From: a virus
DNA length: 64,000 nucleotides
Virus record (IMG/VR): IMGVR_UViG_3300026097_000010
Location: 32,001-96,000 of that record
Reading direction: 5' to 3' (one strand)
Below, piece by piece: positions 10,201 to 18,816 of the stretch. How positions within the stretch are numbered: position 1 is the first letter of the stretch; the number at the start of each line of letters is the position of its first letter. The notes below the pieces were generated by a model. That model made no database searches. It was given only the letters and a program-made list of their open reading frames with translations, and had not been told where the DNA came from. A program made the position numbers and the translations under genes.

Positions 10201-10692
10201 AAATTTTTGACCGCCTGTTGTGCTTACATCAGCATTATTCCACTCTTGAATACCCCAAGTAGTTGCACGAGTGTCAACCCACCAAGTGCCGTCTGCCGGT
10301 GCCGCTCCCGGGGCTTCTGCTGATCCTGCTAATTCTGTTAGGTCTACGTTTGCTCTAGCAACAAATGCTGAGTTAGAAACTCCTAGCAAACTGTATGCTG
10401 ATAATAAACCATATTCGTTCAACTCCGAACCGTGAATTGGGGTTGAACTTGCTGTCTTCTCGAAGAAAGGTGATCCGAAAAGATCTACTAATTCTCTTTG
10501 ACTTGTTACCCTATATACATTTCCGACGTTAGCCGCAAGTGTACCTTGTGCTGTGCCAGTGCCAGCTCCATTTACTTTGTCTTGGCCAGTAGCTACTACA
10601 ATTAATGGAGTCGTACCCGGTTCTGCCGGAGTGTAAAAACTTTCATCAATTACTGTAACTTCTACGCCTGGTGATGTTAGTGCCATTCCCAT
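7234..10692 (-). CDS. tail sheath protein (gp18-like), enlarged
   Basis: N-terminal SPGVEVTVIDES. C-terminal PWFAPAGTRRG, LYDLKINPI, GQKT...SALDRINVARL, FEPND, CDETNN, PVKAVEFIYI. Confidence 0.96.
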   Translation of the reverse strand: MGMALTSPGVEVTVIDESFYTPAEPGTTPLIVVATGQDKVNGAGTGTAQGTLAANVGNVYRVTSQRELVDLFGSPFFEKTASSTPIHGSELNEYGLLSAYSLLGVSNSAFVARANVDLTELAGSAEAPGAAPADGTWWVDTRATTWGIQEWNNADVSTTGGQKFATKTPIVLTDTDTGKVSNGAPVGSVGAIGDYAVVAQTVNGGTSFTASKELISMWYKTGVTVGGNSAGDWVLVGSQEWALSHPAVTSNAVSGAIGWTGTIIINGNSVSIDSADTLTDIVSAINTVTVVDQDTSRGVFATTSRNRLYLYTNAANDQVGDSTLSNAIIIEEGTGQASDILSDLGIEAGEAYYGPIVQMAPHTQVPQWKSSGSGQTNRPTGSVWIKTTEPGNGARWRIKQWNEATTSWVEVSAPIYATPQSALFNLDRANGGSLIPVETLFVQSNAEEHTGYDTDPMVAKFRAWKRVAIGNTIITSNVISDQFTTGVEHSFTVSESLLGSEVLSDTLDNNGNFTGVATPVTVSFTASGDVTDAETIASAINAAGLNNVEASVTDDDRVQIIHRRGGDFRLTDGDGTPISKIFTPFNIDDETGTANFYNLTVGSATDGSGPLVPGADENYLASNWRPLAVDDFYASDDDPTEEPADGTLWYNPEFSEVDLMVHNGTTWVGFNNHPDYTSAEIIVSASEPELTTAQKQINNHIWISTADLENFPTMYRWSDLLVEWVLIDKTDQVTEEGVLFADARWSTSGGTTGQLYPAADIEDLLTNNYLDPDAPDPALYPQNMLLWNLRRSGGNVKRYVNNYIDLTADNPRFNNSEAMSGYAEDRWVTASPNQEDGSGSFGRKAQRSVTVAALKSFVDTNDQIRDEERRNFNLIACPGYPELMSNLVNLNIDRGVTAFVIGDTPLRLESDATSLSNWGSNANLVTDNGDDGIVTFDEYLATFYPNGITTDLTGASAVVPASHMMMRTIALSDQVSFPWFAPAGTRRGGITNATAVGYIDSLTGEFQTVALNEGQRDTLYDLKINPIPFFNGVGLVAYGQKTRARNASALDRINVARLVVYLRSQLDKLARPYIFEPNDKITRDEIKQAVESLLLELVGLRAIFDFAVVCDETNNTPARIDRNELYVDVAIEPVKAVEFIYIPLRVRNTGEI

Positions 10693-10793
10693 ATCTCCTG
10701 GTAATAGTAATTTGTAGTAGTATTTAGTGTACTCTGATAAAAAATACCGTTTAACACCGTGAAAAAAGGGGAAGGAAAGGTGTAAATATTGCT

Positions 10794-11129
10794 ATGAGAC
10801 CATTATGCAAGTGCGGTATACGCCCTAAAGCCGTAAATTACAAAAAGAACGGAAAGACCTACTACAGAAGTCTCTGTGAGGTGTGTATGAACAATGGTGT
10901 TTATCACGGTGTGCCTAGGTGGTATAGAGCAGGTTATCGAATCAAAGATCACTGTGACAAGTGCGGATATAAATCACAGTACAAAGATGTATATAGGGTG
11001 TATCACGTTGACGGGAATCTTGATAACTGTCGTCGCAGTAATCTCAAAACTGTGTGTGCAAATTGCAGAATTGTGCTTGCCAAAGAAGGAACTGCCTGGA
11101 AGCAAGGAGATTTAATCGCCGACTTCTAG
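10794..11129 (+). CDS. HNH-like zinc-binding protein/endonuclease
   Basis: CDKCG...VYHVDGNLDNCRRSNLKTVCANC plus N-terminal CKC and CEVC. Confidence 0.75.
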   Translation: MRPLCKCGIRPKAVNYKKNGKTYYRSLCEVCMNNGVYHGVPRWYRAGYRIKDHCDKCGYKSQYKDVYRVYHVDGNLDNCRRSNLKTVCANCRIVLAKEGTAWKQGDLIADF

Positions 11130-11735
11130 AATCTGCTCTACGCGGTTGTACAATTCGTCAATACTGCCATTGTTATATATTTCTAGATCAAAATCAGTAT
11201 TCAACCAAGCCCATTCTGAACTGTGAATGTTCAGTTCAGTCATAGCGTTAATTGCGTTCATATCACCGTGGTTTGCCAGTTTGGCTGTTTCGTACCAGCT
11301 CGGAAGCTCGCCTCGAACTACCCAGACTATTTTGCCGCCTGCGGCTTTGATCGATTCGACTTCATTGGGAAAGCGACAGTCTGATATTACCACACTGTCT
11401 CGACTCTGTCGAAGTTTGTTTTCTAAACTGGCGATCCAAATATCGCCGTGAAAACTTTTTCTTCCTACTTCAGTACCCCAATACTGTAATACCCATCTAG
11501 GAGTTAATGTGGGCATATTAAGACGTTGTGCCCACCATTCATCAACTTCTTCTCGCCATTCTCTAGCTTCTGCAGATTTACCTTCAAGCTGTTCTCTGTC
11601 CCAGCCAAACACAGCCGACACAGCATCTTTAAGTGTGCCAGCAAAACTTTCTCTGCGAAACTGGTGTTGATTTACAAGATAATCTGCCACGGTGTCTTTA
11701 CCGCTGCCAATGAAACCGCAAACGCCAATAATCAT
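11112..11735 (-). CDS. deoxynucleoside monophosphate kinase (T4 gp1-like)
   Basis: IIGVCGFIGSGKDT P-loop, TPRWVLQYWGTE, VISDCRFPNE, HSSE. Confidence 0.93.
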   Translation of the reverse strand: MIIGVCGFIGSGKDTVADYLVNQHQFRRESFAGTLKDAVSAVFGWDREQLEGKSAEAREWREEVDEWWAQRLNMPTLTPRWVLQYWGTEVGRKSFHGDIWIASLENKLRQSRDSVVISDCRFPNEVESIKAAGGKIVWVVRGELPSWYETAKLANHGDMNAINAMTELNIHSSEWAWLNTDFDLEIYNNGSIDELYNRVEQILEVGD

Positions 11736-11760
11736 TTATAACTCCTTTGGAAGAAGTTAT

Positions 11761-11789
11761 ATTATAACAAGTTATTGTGTGAGTGTCAA
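11761..11789 (-). promoter_or_regulatory. sigma70-type promoter for dNMP kinase
   Basis: Perfect TTGACA-N17-TATAAT on the minus strand, followed by a GGAG SD. Confidence 0.85.
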
Positions 11790-12088
11790 CGGAATTTGTT
11801 GAGTTGTCTAAGCATCTTAGACACGGGATTTAACTTTTTAGTACGCTTGGCTCTTCTGGCTTGCATAACTTTGGTTTTGGCACGAGTCTTTTTCATTCGC
11901 TGACTCTGTGCTACATTGAAATGTTTAAAACACTGGCTTGGATGAGAAACCAATCGGCTTTTTCTTGGGCCGTTTGGGGGACAACGAAATTTCATCTTTG
12001 GGGCTTTGCCGCCTTTGCTACGTCCAAATGCCGCTCCAAATTCGTATAGTTCGTCCGTTTCTTCGTTGTAAAACTCGTCTATCTTCAT
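11786..12088 (-). CDS. small highly basic hypothetical protein
   Basis: Likely start MKIDEF overlaps the gp13-like stop (ATGA). K/R-rich C-terminus, two Cys. Confidence 0.7.
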   Translation of the reverse strand: MKIDEFYNEETDELYEFGAAFGRSKGGKAPKMKFRCPPNGPRKSRLVSHPSQCFKHFNVAQSQRMKKTRAKTKVMQARRAKRTKKLNPVSKMLRQLNKFR

Positions 12089-12843
12089 CCTATAATCCAA
12101 CTGTAGCCTTGTCCACCCGGTACTAATGTAACCAGTTCAACAGTGAGTCTGTCTAGATCCGACTGTGCTTCTGCTTTCATTGCCGCACCGTTTAATGCTG
12201 TTCCGCCTGCAGGGCCAGCAATAGTAGCAAACTTTTCTCTGGCTTGGCCTAGCATATACTTACAGTTAGCAAGCGTGTAATCTTTAATCCACTGTCCTGC
12301 ATATGTGTCGCTGATTATCACACTGTCTGGCTTGGTGTTATAAACCCAAAGAAGAACCTGCTCGTCACCTCTTGGTCTTTGTTGTATAATTAGTTTACGG
12401 CTCTGTGGATGCCAGGTAAAGTTGATAAAAGATCCAAACATCTTGCCGACCAGCTCTTGATACTGTGCAAATAGTTCGTAAGTGGCTAGTCCGCCCATAT
12501 TAGTTGAGCTTAATAGATACGTATTTGTGTAAGCCAAATTAAAAGGCTCAAACACTGTTCCTCCGCCACCGCCGCCGGTGCGTGATCCAACACTGCGACG
12601 GAATATCTGTCTAACCTGTTGGATTTCTTGCGGAAGAATATATTCGTTTTGATCTTCGAGTAGATTCAAAGAACAGTAGCTTTCTTCGACAGCATTGTCT
12701 GATCTCTGTCTAAACACTGACAGTGATTTTTTCAATGCTGTTTCGTAATGAATAGGATCAAGTTCAACGTCTATCATTCCGTCGCCAAGCATTGTGCGAC
12801 AGTATTCGAATACTTCTTGTTTTTGTTCTTCAATCTGACTCAT
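12085..12843 (-). CDS. neck protein (gp13-like)
   Basis: LGDGMIDVELD...WIKDYTLANCKYMLGQAREKF...GGTALNG. Start moved to MSQIEEQ (12843). Confidence 0.85.
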   Translation of the reverse strand: MSQIEEQKQEVFEYCRTMLGDGMIDVELDPIHYETALKKSLSVFRQRSDNAVEESYCSLNLLEDQNEYILPQEIQQVRQIFRRSVGSRTGGGGGGTVFEPFNLAYTNTYLLSSTNMGGLATYELFAQYQELVGKMFGSFINFTWHPQSRKLIIQQRPRGDEQVLLWVYNTKPDSVIISDTYAGQWIKDYTLANCKYMLGQAREKFATIAGPAGGTALNGAAMKAEAQSDLDRLTVELVTLVPGGQGYSWIIG

Positions 12844-12848
12844 AGTTA

Positions 12849-12863
12849 TATTTATCATAAATA
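12849..12863. promoter_or_regulatory. back-to-back late promoter boxes (TATTTAT-C-ATAAATA)
   Basis: Palindromic pair of ATAAATA boxes in the 28-bp gap between the divergent gp13-like and gp14-like genes. Confidence 0.7.
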
Positions 12864-12871
12864 CTAGTACT

Positions 12872-14248
12872 ATGCCAAGACTCAGTTTATATCGCCCCGA
12901 AAAAGGCAATGATTACAAATTTTTTGACAAAACTATTTGGGAACAATTCCAAATAGGTGGTACCGATGTGCTGGTTCATAGATATCTAGGACCAGGTAGC
13001 TCTGGGGAAGAAACTGCGTCGACTCCTACATACGAAGGAGACAGCGTAAACAACATTCAAGATTTGCTGTTTTTAGAAAACAGAGACAGAAAATATGATC
13101 CTGATATCTATCAACTTAGATGCCATTACAGCATAACTGATATAGATTTTAATCTAAGCCAGTTTGGGTTGTTCTTACAGAACGACACACTGTTTATGAC
13201 ATTTCACATCAACGACACTGTTGAAAAATTAGGCAGAAAAATCATAGCGGGCGATGTTCTCGAGCTACCACATCTAAAAGATGAGTATGCCCTTAACGAT
13301 CTTCAATATGCACTCAAAAGATTTTATGTTGTAGAAGAAGTTAATCGAGCGGCTGAAGGATTTTCGCCGTTATGGTATCCTCATCTATACAGAGCTAAAT
13401 GTGTACCAATGGTAGACAGCCAAGAATTCAAAGAGATTTTAGACGATATTGCAAATACTGATGCTTATTCTGGTACATACAATCCCGATATTACATACTT
13501 CCCTGGTGAAATTGTGCTGGGCGAAGACGGTGTCAAATACGAAGTAGTCAGAGAAGTCTCAGGCATTGCTCCGCCGGATTTAACATACTATCAGGTAGCA
13601 GACACTCTCAGAGATATAGTGAGCACATATGAAAAAGAAATGCAGATTACGCAGGCTGTTCTTGATCAAGCCGAAGAGGACGCTCCACAGAGTGGATACG
13701 ATGTTACCAAGTTTTTCCATATCCAAAAAGACGACGAAGGAAAAGCATCACTAGTAAGAGCAGACAGCGACGAACTGTTAATTCCTAGCACCGACGAAGA
13801 CGGCAATACCATCTATGACGAGACAGGCGAGCCGGTATATATGGCTGTTACCGCTGATACTGTGTTACAGACTTCTGAATACAACAAGTATCCCGGGTAT
13901 CTTACAGGCGACGGTGTCCCCCAAAATGGTGCTCCGTTTACACAGGGCATAGCATTTCCTATTAATCCCGGCGAAGGACAATATGCACTCAGAACTGACT
14001 ATCTGCCTAATCGACTGTTCCGATATAACGGAGTAAGATGGCAACGAATCGAAGACGATGTGAGAACGACTATGAGCAATCTCGGTAACAGCGATACACA
14101 AACAGGTGCCGAGTTTGAAGGTAAAGATCAAAGACAAACACAACTAAGTGGGTTTGTAAACAACGACAATCAAACAACCGTTGATGGCAAGACTGTACAA
14201 GAAAAGCAAAGTCTGTCAAAGGCACTTAGACCAGAGGCAGACGAATAA
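12872..14248 (+). CDS. neck/head-closure protein (gp14-like)
   Basis: DLLFLENRDRKY, LSQFGLFLQND, GDVLELPH, PHLYRAKC. Position between gp13-like and gp15-like genes. Confidence 0.75.
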   Translation: MPRLSLYRPEKGNDYKFFDKTIWEQFQIGGTDVLVHRYLGPGSSGEETASTPTYEGDSVNNIQDLLFLENRDRKYDPDIYQLRCHYSITDIDFNLSQFGLFLQNDTLFMTFHINDTVEKLGRKIIAGDVLELPHLKDEYALNDLQYALKRFYVVEEVNRAAEGFSPLWYPHLYRAKCVPMVDSQEFKEILDDIANTDAYSGTYNPDITYFPGEIVLGEDGVKYEVVREVSGIAPPDLTYYQVADTLRDIVSTYEKEMQITQAVLDQAEEDAPQSGYDVTKFFHIQKDDEGKASLVRADSDELLIPSTDEDGNTIYDETGEPVYMAVTADTVLQTSEYNKYPGYLTGDGVPQNGAPFTQGIAFPINPGEGQYALRTDYLPNRLFRYNGVRWQRIEDDVRTTMSNLGNSDTQTGAEFEGKDQRQTQLSGFVNNDNQTTVDGKTVQEKQSLSKALRPEADE

Positions 14249-15693
14249 TGAGTGACTTCTTTTACGACGGACAGATAAGACGTTTCGTTACACAGTTTAT
14301 GCGAGCATTTATTGGATTCAAATACGAGTCCGGTGACGGTGAACAAAAGACTGTTCCGGTTATGTACGGCGATATGACCAGACAGGTTGCCAGCATTATC
14401 AAAGAAAATTCTGAAAACAAAATGCCAACTGTGCCTAGGATTGCCTGTTATATCACAGGTTTAGAAATGGATCAGGCAAGACTTGGAGATCCCAGCTTTG
14501 TTAGTAAAATAAATGTTCGTGAAAGACGTTACGAATACGACAGTTCAGGAGCAGGTAACGAGCCTGTATATACCGGAGAGCAGGGTGCCAACTATACTGT
14601 CGAGAGGTTAATGCCTGTACCGTATAAGCTAACAATGAAGGCGGATATTTGGAGTTCTAACACAGATCAAAAGCTTCAGTTACTAGAGCAGATACTGGTT
14701 TTATTCCGTCCCAGTTTGGAAATTCAAAGCACGGACAACTACATAGATTGGACCAGTCTATCCACAATGTATCTCAACAGTACCAGTTTTAGTAGCAGAA
14801 CCATTCCGGTAGGTACAGATTCAGATATTGATATTTGTAGTTTAGAATTCGAAATGCCTATATATATTTCGCCGCCAGCAAAGGTTAAAAAACTAGGAGT
14901 GATACAGAAAATTATCACAAATATTTTCACAGAAGAAGGCGAAGTACAGAGTTTAGAAAACCTAGTTTACAGTGAAAGAATTGGCAACTCGCAAGTAGTT
15001 ACATCTTATCTTTATAACGTGTTACTGTTTAAAGCAGAAAACGGAGAGCCTTATGATTATGAAGTCACCGTTGTAGATAAAAATCAAGCGGTGCAAAGTC
15101 TAGGCCTGGATGAAAAAGAATTTGCCAACAAGAACGTAGACTGGAATGCTGTGCTAAATGTGTACGGCGGTGCGTGGGCCGACAGCAGGATTTATTTCCT
15201 ACAGCCCAACGGATTTGAAATGTCAGGAACATTTGCGGTCAATCCTGTAAATCCAGAAGTGTTATTGGTTACATTTGATCAGGACACAATTCCCACAAAC
15301 ACATTGATTAGCGGCAAGGGCACTATAGATGCTATTGTTAATCCGTTAACTTTCAATCCTGTAGAACGTTGGAGTGGTGTTGCAAATATACCTACAGGTA
15401 CCAGGTATCTACTGTTAGAAACAATAGGCGATCCTGATAACACAGACGGTGCCGAAGGTTGGAAAGGCACCGACGGTAGCACACAAACATCGTACATCCT
15501 CAGACAAAACGATATCGTAGAGTGGAACGGAACACAGTGGGAAACTGTTTTTGCATCTTCTTCTGTAACTGATACTACATATGTTACCAACATAAGAACC
15601 GGAATCCAATATAAGTGGGACGGAGAGCAATGGCTCAAATCATTCGAAGGTGAATATTCTCCAGGTTACTGGCGGCTTGATATGAATCCTTGA
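14248..15693 (+). CDS. tail terminator / sheath stabilizer (gp15-like) with C-terminal extension
   Basis: FFYDGQIRRFVTQF, VPVMYG, MPVPYKL, QLLEQILVLFRP. Confidence 0.8.
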   Translation: MSDFFYDGQIRRFVTQFMRAFIGFKYESGDGEQKTVPVMYGDMTRQVASIIKENSENKMPTVPRIACYITGLEMDQARLGDPSFVSKINVRERRYEYDSSGAGNEPVYTGEQGANYTVERLMPVPYKLTMKADIWSSNTDQKLQLLEQILVLFRPSLEIQSTDNYIDWTSLSTMYLNSTSFSSRTIPVGTDSDIDICSLEFEMPIYISPPAKVKKLGVIQKIITNIFTEEGEVQSLENLVYSERIGNSQVVTSYLYNVLLFKAENGEPYDYEVTVVDKNQAVQSLGLDEKEFANKNVDWNAVLNVYGGAWADSRIYFLQPNGFEMSGTFAVNPVNPEVLLVTFDQDTIPTNTLISGKGTIDAIVNPLTFNPVERWSGVANIPTGTRYLLLETIGDPDNTDGAEGWKGTDGSTQTSYILRQNDIVEWNGTQWETVFASSSVTDTTYVTNIRTGIQYKWDGEQWLKSFEGEYSPGYWRLDMNP

Positions 15694-15704
15694 TACATAC
15701 TAGT

Positions 15705-16079
15705 ATGAATCAAAGAGCCGGATTACTCTTTTTAGCTAAAAACACAGGTCGTATACTTCTTATACTAGAAGAACAAAAATGGACCGTACCCACTTTTTCT
15801 AGAAAACAATCGTTACTAAACGATGCAGAATTTCTTATAAAAGAATATTCTCCTGGAAAAATTTTACCCATAGAATTGTATACATCTAAAGATAAAGGAT
15901 TTGAATTCGGTACCTATGTGTGTTTAGTAGAAGAAGAGTTTTTAACAACTGTGCCTAAAACACTATCCTGGTGCGATTTAAATTTTCTTCCTAACAATTT
16001 GCACTTAGGTATCAAAAGCACATTAAATAATGCAATAATTAAAACTAAAATCGAAACAGTACTGGAGTTGAATTTATAA
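15705..16079 (+). CDS. degenerate Nudix-fold protein
   Basis: AGLLFLAKNTGRILLIL...W, F-x-x-Y-V-C-L-V-EEEF, W...LP-x-x-LH-x-G pattern, but no intact Nudix box. Start moved to MNQRAG. Confidence 0.55.
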   Translation: MNQRAGLLFLAKNTGRILLILEEQKWTVPTFSRKQSLLNDAEFLIKEYSPGKILPIELYTSKDKGFEFGTYVCLVEEEFLTTVPKTLSWCDLNFLPNNLHLGIKSTLNNAIIKTKIETVLELNL

Positions 16080-16327
16080 TGAACTTAGAAAAAAGTCAAA
16101 GATTTCAAAAAGAATATCAAAAATATAAAGAAAAAATTGATATCATAGAAAATCCTAAAATAAAAAGTGAAGCTGAACTATTACTTAAATCACTAGTGGC
16201 TGAGGTAAAAAGAATAAACGATCATCACAGTAGATTGTTAACTAGTGGTTCTTTGTCCGATATGGTCCAAGATAGCAGACACAGAATCGTAGAAATTCGA
16301 AAGAAGATAGAAAAAATAATTAAATAG
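16079..16327 (+). CDS. hypothetical helical protein
   Basis: 82-aa ORF coupled to the upstream gene (TAATG). Confidence 0.65.
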   Translation: MNLEKSQRFQKEYQKYKEKIDIIENPKIKSEAELLLKSLVAEVKRINDHHSRLLTSGSLSDMVQDSRHRIVEIRKKIEKIIK

Positions 16328-17207
16328 CACTTATGCTTTTAATAGTAATAGCACCGACCATTGATGCATGAATAGAACATTGGTATCTAAAATTAGGCGG
16401 CGATGATAATCCGGTAGGAACTTTCCAGTATAGCGTTCCGCTATCTTTACCTTGTGCATTTACTCCGGTGCTGACTGTTCCGTTTGTTGCAACATGTACT
16501 AATCCTGTATCGTAATTACTTCCGGTGCCATCTTGGATTAAAAAAGGATGTCCTTGCGCGGTAAGTTTGAATGCGATGGTTGTTCCTGTTATTACATATA
16601 ATGCTGGATTATCTGTAGATCCGTATTGGTCAAATCTATAAGAACTTGCTCCGTTGTTTGATACAATTAATTTTGTAATAGCCGGCAAATATATTTCGTC
16701 AATAGTTAATCCAGTAGTCTGTGCATCAGTTAATTCTGTGAAACTAGATGCTCCGCCACCGCCGTCTTGTGTCCCAGTATATGATATAGTTACAACTCCG
16801 TCTGCAACAGAAGTACTAATGTCAGTACCTCCAGCAAACGTTATACTATCAGTTGGCGAAGATGCAACTTGCGATCCGGTGTCTCCCGCAATTGATGAAA
16901 ATAAATTTTGTTGTACACCTTCTCCGCCGCCTTCGTCAACTGTTGCTGACGAAATGGTAATCGAATCTGTATTCGGATTGGTTGTTATAGTTATATTTTC
17001 GCCGGCTATAAGTGTTAACACATCTTCTTTTTGATCGGCGACAATGTCTTCTTGATCCTGAACTGTTATAGTCTTAAAGGTATCAGGAATACTAGCAGGA
17101 CCAGCAGATGTTACTATATTCCATGCAAATCCGTTATACTCCCAAGTAGTTCCGTCTAAAATATATGTTTCAGATATTTCTGGATTTTCTGGAAAATTTA
17201 TTGCCAT
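16320..17207 (-). CDS. virion appendage protein with C-terminal cupredoxin-like domain
   Basis: MAINFP...W-x-Y-x-G-x-x-W N-terminus, repeated D-x-LT-x-x-AG-x-x-I-T fibre units, HPF...YQCSIHASMVG. Confidence 0.65.
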   Translation of the reverse strand: MAINFPENPEISETYILDGTTWEYNGFAWNIVTSAGPASIPDTFKTITVQDQEDIVADQKEDVLTLIAGENITITTNPNTDSITISSATVDEGGGEGVQQNLFSSIAGDTGSQVASSPTDSITFAGGTDISTSVADGVVTISYTGTQDGGGGASSFTELTDAQTTGLTIDEIYLPAITKLIVSNNGASSYRFDQYGSTDNPALYVITGTTIAFKLTAQGHPFLIQDGTGSNYDTGLVHVATNGTVSTGVNAQGKDSGTLYWKVPTGLSSPPNFRYQCSIHASMVGAITIKSISAI

Positions 17208-17216
17208 GTTATTTCC

Positions 17217-18755
17217 TTATGATGAATATGTTGTTATAGATCCTAACACTTCCCAAGTAGACCCTGTGTTAATTAGTGTAAAAGAAATTACATCTGTCGA
17301 CTCGTTATTAGGTGATGGCTCGATTCCGTCTTGCCATTGAATTGTCTGTGTGGCTCCATCAATTTGAACTTGATTTGGTAAGTAAGCAGTTGCTCCCTGA
17401 TTTAAAAGTAACACAATTGTAATAGCACTGTCAATGCTGCTAGGAACATTTGTAAAATTGACAGTAAAATCGGTTGTCATACCATATAAGAACCAAACTG
17501 ATCCCTGTTCAAAATCAATATTTGATGTAGCACTCGGGTCTGCTAAGGTAGCCATTTTTTCTACTGTTTGCTGTAAAATAGTTGTTCCCGAAATTGTAAT
17601 ATCACCCGAGACTGTGAGATTATTTACAGCATTTATCAGTCCTGGTTGCCACCGGCTATTTCCGTCGTTCCATACCAATGCTTGAGAATCGGATGCTGAA
17701 ACTTGTGATAACGTATGTGTGTTAATTAATCCTTGGTCGGCATCGACTAGTAATGTCGAATCTGTGGAGAATACCGATGATGAAATTGATTCTGGAACTT
17801 CAGTTAAAAACGCTCGATCATTGTCAAGCTCACTTACTTTTTCAGGTATAGATGGCGTGTTTAGTATATCTTCATAACTACCTGTTTCACTAACTTTTGA
17901 TAATACAGGAAGATCAGTTAAGTCGTTATAGCTACCACTAAATGTCGGAAATGCTGGCTGGATCCATTGTTCTGTGTCTCCGTCGTTTATATAAACATAA
18001 AGATAACCAGTAGTCATGTCAAGCCATAAATTACCATTTTCTGGGTCTTCTGGGTTTTCCTCGCTAACTGTTACTCTGCTTCCGCCTTCGCCGATTCCAG
18101 GATCTGCAACAGCAATAGAATTTCCCATGTTTTGATGATTACTACACCAATAATAAAGAATTGCAGGAGTCGAATTAGTAACTAGTATTCGAACTTGTCT
18201 AGAAGTAGCTGTATTAAAAGCTTCGCTGTTGTATACGGCTTGAGTAACTTCGTTCGAATCTAAGAAATATTTTACATTTGTAGTGTAGCTAGTGCCGCCA
18301 TCGAGCTCACCGTTGATGTTATCTGCAGAAAAATTCAACGGATGAGGATTAGGAGTAGTGTTATTCCCGTTTGGAAAATATACATTGGTTAAATCATCTT
18401 GAACAAATATATATGTATAACCTACCACAAAATTCGGTTCGGGGTTATAAATTGCATTTAGATTATATTTGTTTGATAATGTAGAATCGTCCGGATCTGG
18501 ACCTGTAACAGTTACATTATATACCACAGTTGATACATTAGATTCAACGATTTTATCTCTAAATGTATCAACTGCTATATTAGAAAAATCTGCTCTGGCT
18601 AAGCTTAAACCGCCTTTTACAGTTGAATCAAAAAGTCGTAGTGTGTCAAACTCTCGATCATAAAAAATTTCTCCTAGATTTCCAACACGACGATTAAGAA
18701 AATCTGATTCTCTAGGAATAATTCTTACAGCGGTAAATGTTTCAATTTTAGACAT
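17217..18755 (-). CDS. virion appendage/tail fibre protein with cupredoxin-like domain
   Basis: HPLNFS...YYWCSNHQNMG, SGSYNDLTDLP fibre repeat, beta-rich C-terminal domain. Confidence 0.65.
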   Translation of the reverse strand: MSKIETFTAVRIIPRESDFLNRRVGNLGEIFYDREFDTLRLFDSTVKGGLSLARADFSNIAVDTFRDKIVESNVSTVVYNVTVTGPDPDDSTLSNKYNLNAIYNPEPNFVVGYTYIFVQDDLTNVYFPNGNNTTPNPHPLNFSADNINGELDGGTSYTTNVKYFLDSNEVTQAVYNSEAFNTATSRQVRILVTNSTPAILYYWCSNHQNMGNSIAVADPGIGEGGSRVTVSEENPEDPENGNLWLDMTTGYLYVYINDGDTEQWIQPAFPTFSGSYNDLTDLPVLSKVSETGSYEDILNTPSIPEKVSELDNDRAFLTEVPESISSSVFSTDSTLLVDADQGLINTHTLSQVSASDSQALVWNDGNSRWQPGLINAVNNLTVSGDITISGTTILQQTVEKMATLADPSATSNIDFEQGSVWFLYGMTTDFTVNFTNVPSSIDSAITIVLLLNQGATAYLPNQVQIDGATQTIQWQDGIEPSPNNESTDVISFTLINTGSTWEVLGSITTYSS

Positions 18756-18816
18756 ACTGTATTTATTACTTTTTACAGTTATCGAACACCACTATTAAGA
18801 TACATTAGGATGCATC

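Noticed and set aside
620-10692. Inteins or introns in terminase or the oversized sheath
   Set aside because: Terminase is of normal length. No C/S...HN splice motifs or LAGLIDADG blocks seen in either gene.
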